DNA from: Octopus sinensis
Taxonomy: Eukaryota
Reading direction: 5' to 3'
NCBI RefSeq assembly: GCF_006345805.1
Contig: NC_043006.1
Coordinates: 75,330,001-75,394,000 of the forward strand
Length of the DNA: 64,000 bases
Shown here: positions 50,931-64,000 of the stretch, one piece after another
How positions within the stretch are numbered: position 1 is the stretch's first letter
How the letters are laid out: every line of letters begins with the position of its first letter
Notes under the pieces: generated by a model
What the model saw: the letters and a program-made list of their open reading frames with translations, nothing else
What the model was told of the DNA's origin: nothing
Database searches by the model: none
Translations under genes and position numbers: made by a program

Positions 50931-52114
50931 GAAAAGGCATTGGAAGAGCAATGCATATCCTGTGCACAGATAAATTTTCTCACATATTATAGAGTGGCTT
51001 ATAATGTGTTGCTTACCCATGCTTTTTAACTTAACTGATTTGTTTTAATTTAAAAAATTTCTTTTGAGTATCACCATTATTGGTATTTATACTCCAGTGA
51101 AATTAAGAAATCAACTCGTAAATAAACAAAACTGTCAAATCCACTACTACTACACACACACACACACACACTCATATCTGTGTATGTATTTATTTGTGTA
51201 TGTATGTACACACACGTGTATTCAAGCATAAATACACCATGATCTATCATGCAGACGAGGGTTGATTCCTATGAAAAAGAAAGTGAACAAAATAATATGG
51301 CCACTTACTCATCAGGAAATTTGTAAATGCAATTAAATTTTTTTTTTGTTTAACTATCACCATTATAGTTATTTATACTCTGGTAAAACTAAGAAATCTA
51401 GTAATAAATTATCACCATTATGGGTATTTATACTCTGGTGAAATTAAGAAATCATGTCGTAAATAAATGAAACCCTCGAATCCATCACTCAACAAACATG
51501 TGTGCATGTGCACACACACAGTTGCATAATCAAACTAGATGTTCATCATTTCAAGCTACTCACCCAATGAGTATGTCTGCCAAATGTGGTGAAAATCGGT
51601 TCAGCTGTTTTCCTGTAATTTTGCACATGCAGACAAGCATGGGAGATTACAATACCCTACTTTTGCTTACGCACACAGTGTAATAATAATGATAATAATA
51701 ATAATAATAATAATGATAATAATAAATGCCCTCATGCAGTACCAGGCAGTGGCTCTCATGGCTTTTGATCTTAACTGAGTGGAAGTGTTATCATGTACAT
51801 TGTTTTGTCTTGGTATAAAAGATGGGCTGCAGCAAATATTCTGCTCAATACCACAGATTTGCTTGTCAGTTGTTTGACCGTAACCAGTTGAGCATGTCCT
51901 TTAGTGGCTGACAACATGAGCGTCTCTGATCATGAGCAAGCTACTTACCATACAGCTATGCCTGTGCTTATTTGGCAAGAAAAAAATAAGGACCATCCCA
52001 AAATATAACAATATCTGTTTTGACCCCTGATTTCACATTTGGAATCCTGCAACAAAACAAATACATAAACATATAAAGCTATATATGCATAGTGAAATCA
52101 AAACCAAAGCCAAT

Positions 52115-52660
52115 TCGATGACTGGCATCCGTGCTAGCGGGGTGCAAACAGCACCATACAAGTGTGATCGTTGATAGAGCGGCTAACCGGCTTCTGTGCC
52201 AGTGGCACATAAAAGGGCACCATTTGAGTATGATCGTTACTAGCGTCACCTTACTGGCACTTGTGCATGTACTAAAAGGGTGCTAATCCGAGCATGATTG
52301 TTGCAAGAGAAGCCAACTGGATTCCGTACCCGTGGCATGTAAAAGGGCACCATTCGAGCATGATCGTTACCAACGTCGCCTCACTGGCACCTGTGCCGGT
52401 GGCACGTGTAAAAAGATTCGGGCGAGGTTGTTGCCAGTACCGCCTGACTGGCGCCCATGCCAGTGGTTCGTAAAAAGCACCCACTACACTCTCGGAGTGG
52501 TTGGCGTTAGGAAGGGCATCCAGGTGTAGAAACTCTGCCAGATAAAGATGGAGCCTGGTGCAGCCATCTGATTTTCCAGCCCTCAGTCAAAATCGTCCAA
52601 CCCATGCTAGCATGGAAAGCGGACACTAAACAATGACGATGATGATGATGATGATGATAC
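52115..52660 (+). mobile_element. RTE 3' UTR/tail repeat (family C), long copy with several internal modules
   Basis: Repeated gtgcc(agt/ggt)ggcac..aaaagggcacc modules, then ggcgttaggaagggcatcc...ccaacccatgctagcatggaaagcgga and (GAT)n. Other copies at 18215-18435(-), 29630-29690(-), 29930-30130(-), 35620-35940(+), 36265-36720(-), 39900-40230(-), 45605-45845(-), 53555-53700(-), 56570-56760(-), 57230-57560(-), 57820-58150(-), 61895-62046(+), 62425-62662(+). Confidence 0.85.
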
Positions 52661-53480
52661 ATACATACATAAAGTCCATCACCTGATGTGTCTGTTTGTA
52701 CCCCAATTAGTGTGTCGACTAATCTTTTGGCACATTGATACATCAGGTGTGTTGGAAGTTACGAGAGAAATTGATGTAGTTGGCATGGTACTTGGCACCA
52801 TTCAGTATTGTGTATTGCAAGAACAGCTGGGAGACAAGAAATTTCCTGAGGGTGGAGAACTGTATTTAATATCTGATGTGGAATTTAGAAAAAAACAAAA
52901 GTTAGTAGTGAGAAGCAGGAAGGCAAGTGCAAAACACAATTTTCAAGTGGAGGGTTGGGCGTAGCTAGCAGGCTTATTACAAGAGAGCCCACTATGATAT
53001 TGTACAGGCTGTAGAGAGGTAAAGAGAGAATTCAGCATTAGAAATTCAATGAGACCAGTGTATATGTGTGTATGCATACATATGTATTTATATATTTATG
53101 TACAAACACATACATATAACTGTCACAACCAGGTTTTTTTTTTAATAATTTTTTTTTTTTTAATTCAGAGGTTGTAAAACTTGTTTTGTATTTTCTCTCC
53201 TTTTTCCTTGAAGAAGGATTCTGTCTGAAACACTCTGATTTACTAATTCCCATGGTAAAGTCAATGAATTTTTTTTTTCTGTGAATTTTAACCATAATAA
53301 GTCTTGCTGATTCAGTCCAACATCCCACTCCCTGATCACACATGCAACATACTGCTGAGTTGTAAAAGTACATTAGATGGATGAACAATATATAAGTGTG
53401 TATGTATATATATATATATATATAAGTGTGTATGTATATATATATATATAAGTGTGTATGTATATATATATATATATATG

Positions 53481-53521
<41 letters not shown>

Positions 53522-54376
53522 ATATATATGTATATATATATATATGTATATATATCATCATCATCATTGTTGTTTTTAATGGGCACTTTTCCATGCTTGA
53601 ATGGTTTGGGTGGATTTGCTGATTATTCACTGATGATTTTTCTATGGCTGGATGCCTTTCCTGTCCCCAGCCCTCATCCGTTTCCAAGTAAGGTAATATT
53701 TCTCCATGAAAGGCGGCGAGCTGGCAGAAACTTTAGCACGCCAGAAATGCTTATCGGTATTTCATCTGTCTTTACGCTCTGAGTTCAAATTCCACCTAGG
53801 TCGTCTTTGCCTTTGATCCTTTCTGGGTTGATAAATTAAGTACCAGTTGTATACTGGGTTCGATCTAATCGATTGGCCCCCTCCCCAAAAATTTTGGGCT
53901 TTGTGCATAGAGTAGAAAATAATATTTCACGAAGGGTACAACAGGTTTTCACAGGAAGCTGGAAACAAGGGGCACTTCTTGAATGACAATAAAATTAATT
54001 TACTATCACATGATAATAATGTGAAGAAAATATGACATTCGTCTTTTTACTTTGCAGCATTATCTTAGTTTTCTTTTGACAGCTATTTCTTTTCTCATAT
54101 TCATGGTTTCTATTCTAGATATAAATTGAAAATGATCTGCTGTCATTAAAAGAGGAAAACAAAAAACACCTATGTTTTCATAAGAGTTAATTCGCGCTTC
54201 ATAATCCATTTCTTGAGATACTATTTTACTTTGGTATTATTTATTTCTATTTTAACTGGCTTTTATCATTGTGGTATGGCTATACTAAAGTACTACCTTC
54301 CAAGGTTTTGTAGCAGTTTGATTGTTCTTTAAATTTATTTTTATTTATTGAGGCATTAAGATTTCTTTTTTATATA

Positions 54377-54795
54377 GGTGCAGGAGTGGCTGTGTGGTAA
54401 GAAGCTTGCTTATCAACCACATGGTTCCGGGTTCATTCCCACTGTGTGGCACCTTGGACAAGTGTCATCTACGATAGCCTCGGGCCAACCAAAGCCTTGT
54501 GAATGGATTTGGTAGACGGAAACTGAAAGAAGCCTGTCGTATATATGTATATATATAATATATATATATGTGTGTGTATGTGTGTGTGTATATGTTGCGT
54601 GTTTTTGTTTGTCCCCCAACATTGTTTGACAATTGATGGTGGTATGTTTATGTCCCCGTAACTTAGTGGTTCGGCAAAAGCAAACGATAGTATAAGTACT
54701 AGGCTTCCAAAGAATAAGTCCTGGTGGCAATTTGCTCAACTAGGGGTGGTACTCCAGCATGTCCACAGTCAAATGACTGAAACGAGTAAAATAGT
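54377..54795 (+). mobile_element. SINE family B, near full length
   Basis: Head, ccttggacaagtgtc core, central microsatellite and tail ...ccacagtcaaatgactgaaac all present. Confidence 0.85.
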
Positions 54796-55733
54796 AAGGG
54801 GATGTAACTCAACATCCCATTTCATATTGACATACACCTTCCCTTCCACATGCAATGATTTCTGATAATTCATTCTTAGTCCTTTATATTTTGATGAAGT
54901 CAATGCTGTTACTTCAGTCCATTAACTGTTTTAGACTTTCTCAGAGTCTCAAATGCTAAACAAAGCAGTGATAGTGGTGTTATTGCCACACTTTTTTTGT
55001 AGGTAGTAAAACATGGTGAGAATAATGTAACTAATAAAATCCTAGTCACATTTATCTCTTTACTCTAAATCACTTTCATAATTTATTCCATCAGTGCTAA
55101 ATACACCTACTGAGTTTTGATTTGTATTTTATCAATAATAGGATTTCCATAGCTAATCAAGATATATTTTTTTGTGGAATTAATATAGGATGATAGTTTT
55201 TTTTCTATTTAGTTTTGTTTGTATTTCTGTCTTGTAATAAGGAAATCATAAAATTTAAATAAATATGAGTTGATAACAGATATTTTTACATATTTCTAGA
55301 CCAAGCTGTGCAACAATACAAGAGCAAATTCACCCACACAGGTATAAATGCAGATATAACAACCATGAAAAAGCACACAATCCTCACTCATATATAACCA
55401 AATGCATTTTTATTATAGAATGGATTAATACATTACTAAAAATATTCATAAGAGCAGAACACCATAAGTATTGTAACCAAACCACCTACAAACAGTTAGA
55501 ATATAGAATATAGAAAGGACAGCACAGGAGCCTGAAGTAATGTATATCCTGAAGATGGGGCTGAGATAACCTGGAAATGTTGATAAAGATGAATTTAGGA
55601 ACTTTATTGTTCTAAACTAATTATAAGGTTCTGATAACCATATAGAAAGAAACTTTAAACTATAATTAATTAAAAAGTTTAAGTTAGAGCAGTCATGTTT
55701 TCAGTACAACATCTTTAAATAGAAAAGTCGTTC

Positions 55734-55774
<41 letters not shown>

Positions 55775-55933
55775 TGTGTGTGTGTGTGTGTGTATGGTCA
55801 TCTAAGTATCCATAAGTCGTTAGGGTTGTTATTGCTGGTGAGGGTTTTATGAGGTCGGAGTGCAAATCCTACTTCAACTTGTTTTAGTTGACAGAGGAAT
55901 TGTCATTTCTATTTTTTGACCTGCCACCCCCCG

Positions 55934-55978
<45 letters not shown>

Positions 55979-55980
<2 letters not shown>

Positions 55981-56264
55981 AGGCGCAATGGCCCAGTGGT
56001 TTTGGCAGCGGACTCGCGGTCGTAGGATCGCGGTTTCGATTCCCAGACCGGGCGTTGTGAGTGTTTATTGAGCGAAAACACCTAAAAGCTCCACGAGGCT
56101 CCAGCAGGGGGTGGTGATCCCTGCTGTACTCTTTCACCTACTCTTTCTTCTGTTGGCCTGCTCGCTTAGCCAGCGGGGTGGCGTCATTCGAAGGCTAAAA
56201 CAATGCGAACGCATTGTGACCAGCGATGTGTAACTACATCTGATGGACTGGTCGGTCACGTGAT

Positions 56265-56271
<7 letters not shown>
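55979..56271 (+). mobile_element. tRNA-derived SINE family D
   Basis: ggcgcaatggcccagtgg (A box)...ggtttcgattccc (B box), then non-tRNA body; related copies at 47576-47955(+), 30500-30696(-), 37940-38170(-), 17170-17400(-), 28140-28330(-). Confidence 0.85.
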
Positions 56272-56308
<37 letters not shown>

Positions 56309-57224
56309 CAAAGTTGAGTTGTGAGGTATCGCACGAGTGGAATTATATATGAAAGAAGGTTTTAAATTGCATTTTCAAACCTTCTTTCGTCAAATCTTGC
56401 TATCCAGGGTTTCCTGGCTGAAATATTAATTTATTTCATCATCTATCAACTTGTTAAAACCTGCAAGATGATTTGGTAACTGTGTTCACTGCATTCAGGA
56501 AAAGACAGAGAACACAGGGGAGATAATTAACTTTACACTAAATATAACCAATGTCTTGTATATACTCATTATTATTTAACATCCATCTTTCATGCTGGAA
56601 TAGGTTGAATGGTTTGACAGATTCTGGTGAATCAGAGCACTGCAGCATGCTCCAGTGCTTCTTTTGACACAGTTTCTACGACTGAATGTTGTTTCTAATG
56701 CCACTCACTTTACAGAGTGTACTCAATGCATATTTTTGTGGTACCAGTGCTTGTGATGGTCTCCTTGTAATTTCAAGGCCAAGGGCTTAAAGTAGCCCCT
56801 CTGAATGAAGAAATGAAGAGAGAGTGGGCAGTGATTCTAAGTGAAGTTACGGGGCTGGTAAGAGGAGAGGATGGGGTGTATAGCAGACAACAAGGGATAA
56901 GGAAAGGAATATTAATGACGGTTATTGAGAAAAAGGGGGCATAAAATTGAAAGGTGATGGGGCGGGGTGAAAGGATGTGTCTAGGCTAGGGCTATTCCAC
57001 ATTATAAGGAGTGACTATGGATAGACAGATAAGGATGGGCACCCACCCCCATCAGTATGATAGCAAGTTCATCATAATCATCCCCTTATCACCATATCAG
57101 TCATATCTTTACTCATATGAACACACCTGGGACTAATTGAGTTCATTTCATAATTATGTATTTTTAAAAGTTTTTATGTTTAGCAGCTTTAATAATGTAA
57201 ACATTAATTGTGCCACATACTTAA

Positions 57225-57265
<41 letters not shown>

Positions 57266-57650
57266 TATCATCACCATTGTCATCATTGCCTTCCATGTTG
57301 GCATGGTTTGGATGGTTTGACAACAGCCAGCCAAGCAGAAAACTGCACCTGGCTACTGTGGCTATTTCGACATGGTTTTTTACAGCTGGATGCCCTTCTT
57401 AACACCAACCACCCACCCACCCACCCAACAGAGTGGACTGAGTGTTTTTTTTATGTGGCATGAGCACAAGCGAGGTCAGTTTTGGCTTGGCTTTTACAGC
57501 TGGATGCCCTTCCAAATGCCAACCACTTTACAATGTGGACTGGATGCTTTTTACGTGCTTTTTTTATGTGTTTTGTTTATGTGCTTCTGGACAAATCTCA
57601 CAGCTAATAATTACATGAACAAAACATATGAAGTACGTGGTATCAGTAAT

Positions 57651-57702
<52 letters not shown>

Positions 57703-59876
57703 TTTTGTAATAAAAAAGTTCTTCATTGTAATTCCATCACAGGTATTTCTCTTAACTTTTTTGAGATTTCAACTTCCAATTTTTTTAATTTGTTTTTTTT
57801 AATTTGTTATCATCATCATCAATATCATCATCATCATCATTGTTGTTTAATGCCTGCTTTCCATGCTGGCATGGGTTGGATGGTTCGACTGACGGCTGGC
57901 AAGCCAGAAGGCTGCACCAGGCTCTGATCTGATCTGGCAGAGTTTCTACAGCTGGATGCCATGCCCTTCCTAACACCAACCACTCCAAGTATGTAGTGGG
58001 TGCTTTTTACATGCAACTGGTATGAGAGCCAGTCAGGCGTGATTGGCATTGACCATGCTCCAACGGTGCTTTTTACATACCACTGGCAGAGGAGCCAGTT
58101 AGGGGACACTGGCAATGATCACGCTTGAATGGTGCTTTTTACTTGCCACCAACATATGAGAGCTTTGTTTTAAAAAAAAAATCATCTTTCTACAACATGC
58201 AAATAAATCAGTAATTACATCCCTTTATTCTCCCTTTTCTTCTTGTTTTTCTCCCAATTTCCTTCAATTTCAACAATCCTAAATATATACAAATGATGTT
58301 GTGTCAAGGGAGAGTCATTCTCTTTTAATGCCTTATTATTTAATACACTCGCTGGTAAAGTTTCCACTCATTTACTTATCTCTGTTTTTTTCCTAAAATG
58401 TTCATAGCGTCTTGCAGCCTTTTCAATGTGTTAAATAATAATGGACCAAAAGAGAATAATTCTCTCCAGACACAACAAAATATGCTTCAACACACGAACT
58501 CACAGAAAGAATCTTGCAAACCAAATCTAAAAGTGAAATATACTTTACCATTATATATGGATTGAACCAGTGGAATACCTTGGATTATACGATCCCTAAT
58601 GAGGACTTATATGTGTGTGTGTGTGTGTATATATATAGTAAATCCAAAAAAGAAGAACAAACAAAAAGATAAACAACAACGTGAGGACGTGGTACATGTA
58701 AAGCATTAGCAGATGCTCAGGGAAGGAAAGAAAAATGGTTTAATGTTTCGAGCAGGCACTCTTTTTCGGAAACAGAGGAAATTCTAAAAGTAGGGAAGGC
58801 GGAGATAGTTGTAATAATGAAATGACACCAAATGGTAAATCATTTAATATGTATGTTTCAGTTTTGCATAATATTAATAAGAAATGCGTCCATTATGTAA
58901 ACCTTCCTCAGTGAAAGCATATCCCCTCCATAGTGTAACATGAAACACAAACACACACACACACACAGACACACATGCACACACATATATGATGAGCTTC
59001 ACACAAAGTTTCCATTTGACAAATTGACTCACAAGGCATCGGCTATTGTAAAAGACACTTACCCAAGGTGCCATGCAGTAGGACTGAACCTGAAATCACC
59101 TGGTTGCAAAGTGAGCTTAATTAACCACACAGCTATGCTTGCGCTTGTGAACATGATGGGCATGATGATGATACTGGAACTGATACCTGTTTACTGTTAA
59201 TATGCCTTCTTGCGACGAGGATGCTTACAACTCAAGGCTGTCTCTGTTGTTCTGTTTATCACCTGTTCCCCCCACCACCAACACCACGATCCTATCTCTT
59301 GGCAGCACATTTATAGGTGAGAGCCGAATAATAAGCAAACTCAACAACATACCTACCACTGTGGTACTCCTCTGAACTAAATTCTAATAATAGTGTGGGA
59401 AGGTGACATATTACTGTTTTTACTGTTTTTGCATTTGGTAAGCTGCAGTTGGGAATCTAGTTTACTATGGCTCTGTATACGATAAACAACCTTATCCCAT
59501 CGCTGGATAGTGATAAAAACAATAACAAAAACAACGGCCAACTCGGTTCTGGTGGGGACGTCAAAAAGGTAAAATATATGGCGCTTTGCAAAATTTGCTG
59601 GTTTTAAAAATTCTGATTAATATTATGATTATAATAATAATAATAATGATGATGACGATGATGATATTGATGATTATGGTTTCAAATTTTGGTGCAAGGC
59701 CAGCAATGGGCTTGACAGGTACATTTTTCATCAACCCTGAAAGGGCTGAAAAGCAAAGTCGACCCCGGTGGCATCTCCACTCAGGAAATATAGGAGGGAT
59801 GGAATGCTGCTGAGCATCTTGCACGCCATGCTAAAAATTCTGCCAGCTCAATGCCTTAATTATAATGATGATGATG

Positions 59877-59907
<31 letters not shown>

Positions 59908-60042
59908 TAATAATAATGATAATAATAATGATAATAATAATAATAATGATTATAATGATATCATTTTCATCATCATCATCATGCCTTTTTGCTATGCTGA
60001 TATAGTTAGGACTATATAACAAAATATAGCATGTGTGTGTGT

Positions 60043-60083
<41 letters not shown>

Positions 60084-60086
<3 letters not shown>

Positions 60087-60302
60087 GCTGGCCCAAAAGT
60101 AGGTTTACAGTTATCATGTAATTACTTCAAATTTCTTTTAAAACATTTTATTACACGTAAATTTCTATCTTACAAACATATTATTATATAAATTAGCATA
60201 GAATAATGGTTTAATTTTTTTTTCTAATTAAGATGTAAGCTATTAATATATGAATGCGAAAGAGATAGTTGAATAATCGTAAACCTAATTTTGGGCCACC
60301 TG
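60084..60302. mobile_element. Tc1/mariner-type MITE beside (TA)n
   Basis: aggctggcccaaaagtaggtttacag ... cgtaaacctaattttgggccacctg|ta. Confidence 0.7.
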
Positions 60303-60492
60303 TATATATTTATATATATATATATATAAAACAGTGTACATTTAAACACATAAGAGATGACCATAATAGGACATCTGACTCACTAGAAAGAGCAGTTAAA
60401 ACTCCAAGCCACTTATAGTTGCAATTCTGAAAGGGAATGAAAAATAAAAACATTTACTCTATCTTTCCTGGACTATGCATAGTTTCGGCAAA

Positions 60493-60540
<48 letters not shown>

Positions 60541-61668
60541 GTGTGCATGTGTGTATGCACATACAGACATGTATATACACAAATTCAATCAGGATATAAG
60601 AAACAATACAAGTGTCAAATATATTCAATTCAGTTCTTGCTAATGAGACTGTAAAGGTCTGGAATCGTTGGATATGGAATTGGAAACTCTTTTGTTCTAA
60701 ACCAACTGTCAAAAAAAGGTAATTTAGAAAATTTGCAAGATATTAAAAAATATATATAGAAAAATAATAAAACTTTAATATAGTCGTTTTATTTAATGAA
60801 CCATGCATTAAAGAAAAGCGGTTCCTCATATAGATGTATGGGGCTTAGCTGGCTGAAACTTTGAAGTCACTGTCAATGCTGTTCTTGTTAAGTAGCAATA
60901 AATTTATACTCTACCAAATGTATTGAGTAATCCTCCAGTCTAATGTAAAATTGATTTTGTTATTATATAAAAACAAACAATATCTATCTACCTGTCTGTC
61001 TATCTATGTTGATATATAATATAAATACACACACACACACACACTCATGTAAACATCTAGTAAGTTAGCTATGCCTCAAATATTTTTCTGTGTTGAAGTT
61101 ACCCAACCTGAACAGATATTCACTCTTTCTCTTATTTATCTATCCTTTATCTCTCTCTCTTTCTCTCTCTCTCTTTCTCTTTCTCTCTCTCTCTCTCACA
61201 CACACACACAAGCGTGAGTGCAAATATTATATAATACATATATGTATTGTGTGTGTGTGTGTGTATGCATGTATAAATTTTTGTTTGTGTATGTATGTGT
61301 GTGTGCATGTGTGTATACACACTGATACTTATAGCCACAATGATAGTTATGAAAAAATAGTGGCTTACAAAAACGCTCAGGATGTTAGTGTCCACTTAAT
61401 GATTCTCCACTCACCCCTCTCTCACACTCATACATACACTCACATTCCTATGCACACTTACACACGCACGCACACACACTTGTGTGTCTTTATACATGTG
61501 TGTTAGAAATTCTAGGGTTTGTAACTTATAAAGTAGTTAGACTGCAGTTACTGCTGAAATATAAACAGATTTGAGTCCACTGCCTCTTTGTTCCATGGTT
61601 TAACATCCTGATTTTACTGTAAAATATAATACTTCATTCACATTTTTTAAAATTTATCATGCATTATA

Positions 61669-62784
61669 TTAGGTTGTCCAGAACGTTCTGAGCATTTTTA
61701 ACCTAAATCTTTTAATGCTTCATCGAACACACCTGAAATGTAACACGGTTAAAACTTTATTGTTGCTTGAAGTGGTAGTGAATCTCTTCCCTGTTCTTGA
61801 CTGAAAATAGATTTATTTTTCATTTCAGTTCCTCTTCATTGACATTTGAAATGGATAACCAAAAATTTCATATTTGTGTTGTAGTATATTTCTTTTTTGA
61901 CTGGCTTCTGTGCTGGTGGCACGTAAAAAGCACCAACCAGTCATGGCCGTTGCCAGCCTCCCCTGGCACGTAAAAAGAACCCACTACACTCTTGGAGTGG
62001 TTGGCGTTAGGAAGGGCATCCAGCTGTAGAAACACTGCCAGATCAGTGCATTGTATTTGGTGGGATCATAAGGTAATATTTATTATGAGCTTTTCCCATG
62101 AAACCAGACCATTAATTTTGATGTGTACTGTCATCAGCTGGTTAATCTAAAACCAAAAATCAAATTGAGGCTGGATATTACCAACAGGAAAGGAGTAGTT
62201 TTCCGACAACAAAATTCCCAACCACATGTGTCTTTGGCTACCCAAACAAAGTTACATGAACTTGGCTGGAATATCTTACCCCATCCATCATATTCTCCTG
62301 ATATTGCACCATCTGACTACCATATGTTTTTGTCTCTACAGAACTCATTGCAAGGAAAAATTCTTAATGATTTAGATTGAGTCAAAATGCATGTAGGTAA
62401 CTTTTTGTCTTCAAAACCAGTCAACTTGTATGCTGTGGCACGTAAAAAGCACCAACTGATCGTGGCCGTTGCCAGCCTCGCCTGGCACGTAAAAAGCACC
62501 CACTACACTCACGGAGTGGTTGGCATTAGGAAGGGCATCCAGCTGCAGAAACACTGCCAGATCAGACTGGGCCTGGTGCAGCCTCCTGGCTTCAAAGACC
62601 CCAGTCGAACCGTCCAACCCATGCTAGCATGGAAAGCGGACGTTAAACGATGATGATGATGAGATGGGCAGAGGTCATTAATAATAATGGAAATTATTTC
62701 ATTGAATAAGATTTATTGAAAGGTCAATTATTTATATCCCTTTTTGCCTATTAAAAAACACTCAGAACTTCCCAGACAACCTAA
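61669..62784 (+). mobile_element. Internally deleted mariner element with both TIRs and TA TSDs, interrupted twice by RTE-tail repeats
   Basis: TA|ttaggttgtccagaacgttctg ... cagaacttcccagacaacctaa|TA. Transposase remnants MDNQKFH; WWDHK; VYCHQL...NRKGVVF...PHV...LGWNILPHPSYSPDIAPSDYHMFLSLQNSL; EVINNNGNYFIE*. Confidence 0.9.
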
Positions 62785-63500
62785 TACTATAGTATCAAGA
62801 TTTTGAAGATGTGACTGTTTGTTTTTAGAATGACATTGTAGAGTAGGTGCGAGAGGCTGGATCTGGCCAGGTTGCATTTAAAACAGTTAGATTTGGTCTA
62901 GCTGTGGCCAGTTTAAATGGTAAAAGGTTAGCGTTTTAACTTCTGATGTTTGACTTTAAATTGCTTTCTCCATACTTTGTCATCTTTATTAAGGATTCTT
63001 CAGTTGTCAAAACGCTGGCTTGTGTTATGATTGTTGGTTTGCTGGTGCTTCTGACCTTACATAATATGGCTTCTGTTCTCCTAACACATATACAACCAGT
63101 CTTTCTCCCTCTCTCCCTCTCGTTTCGTCTCTCATCTCTTCTTTCTTTCATCGCTTGTCATCTAATGTTTCCTTTGTTTATATTTCTCTTTGCTTTCATT
63201 ATATGTTGTTTTTAATCAATTTCTTTGAGAATAATGAAGACTTGCAGAACGAAGAATAAGCATTGACCGAGTAATTCTACAGACATAGACATACACACAC
63301 AACAAGCACAAACATATTCAAAGTACTGGAATAAATAGAGTGAAAGAATTAGTTAATTATCATAATCAAACAAGCCTTGATATTTCTACGTACCATTAAA
63401 TCATAATTCTATAATCATTGTTTGAAACTAGTTCAAATGAGGAATGGAATGAATTGACTTGACATATCAAAAAATAAAATCTCTAATACTGTAGTTTCTG

Positions 63501-63615
63501 TACATTATTTACATTATTTACATTTGACGGATATTTGGCCTCATCTTGTTTGTTGTTAACACAACACTTCAACTGATATACCTTCCAGCCTTCATCAGGT
63601 GTCTTGGGGAAATTT
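63501..63615 (-). mobile_element. Third, partial copy of the hammerhead-containing element
   Basis: tacattatttacatttgacggatatttggcctcatcttgtttgttgttaacacaacacttcaactgatataccttccagccttcatcaggtgtcttggggaaattt. Confidence 0.75.
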
Positions 63616-64000
63616 TAGCAAGCGGTAATATATGATTTATAAAAACATGTGACTTATTAATAAATATTTGTAAATATAAAACCGTCCAGATTTTTGAGTA
63701 CCTTATTTCTCCTAATATATATATGTGTGTGTGTATGTGTGTGTGTATACACACACACACACACATATATATATACATAGATACATGTATATATGCATAC
63801 ACACACACATATTAATTGAAGTGTACAGTATTATATATCCATTATAGCCTGTTACAAATGGGTTTCACACTAGGGGTTCAATGGAGTGTTAGCTAATAGT
63901 CTGATTATGTAACCCTGCACTCATCCGAGGTAGCTGTTATGGAATTAAATATGTATGTATATGCATATATATGTACGTATACATATATGTGTATCCACCC

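Noticed and set aside
52686-52964. ORF containing GGELYLIS as a possible NKCC GGGAYYLISRSLG exon
   Set aside because: Flanking residues do not match, there are no hydrophobic TM segments, and no convincing splice sites.

Overview
AT-rich, microsatellite-dense eukaryotic DNA. The repeat families look like those I associate with octopus (cephalopod) genomes, but that is recognition from memory, not a search. Only one host coding exon is supportable: 14610-15488 (+, 293 aa), the N-terminal regulatory exon of an NKCC/NCC-type SLC12 cation-chloride cotransporter. It carries RFRI, STFGQNT..ALPR.DH and RPTLAELH motifs and ends at an AAG|GTAAG donor. No downstream transmembrane exon was found, so 15489-64000 is read as intron. 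The rest is a transposon landscape: three tRNA-derived SINE families, RTE LINE 3' ends with modular hairpin UTRs, piggyBac and mariner relics, several MITE types (Tc1/mariner, hAT, Merlin-like, piggyBac-like), non-autonomous Helitrons, a Helitron helicase fragment, Helentron-type elements, long fold-back hairpins and two tandem arrays. The most unusual signal is a dispersed element joining a tRNA-like Pol III head, an (AAT)n linker and a minimal type I hammerhead-ribozyme-like core. It has three copies here, two with inverted, Penelope-like architecture; none keeps a fully intact core. Almost all other ORFs in the supplied track are microsatellite or TE artefacts. Repeat coordinates were set by eye and are approximate unless termini or TSDs are quoted.
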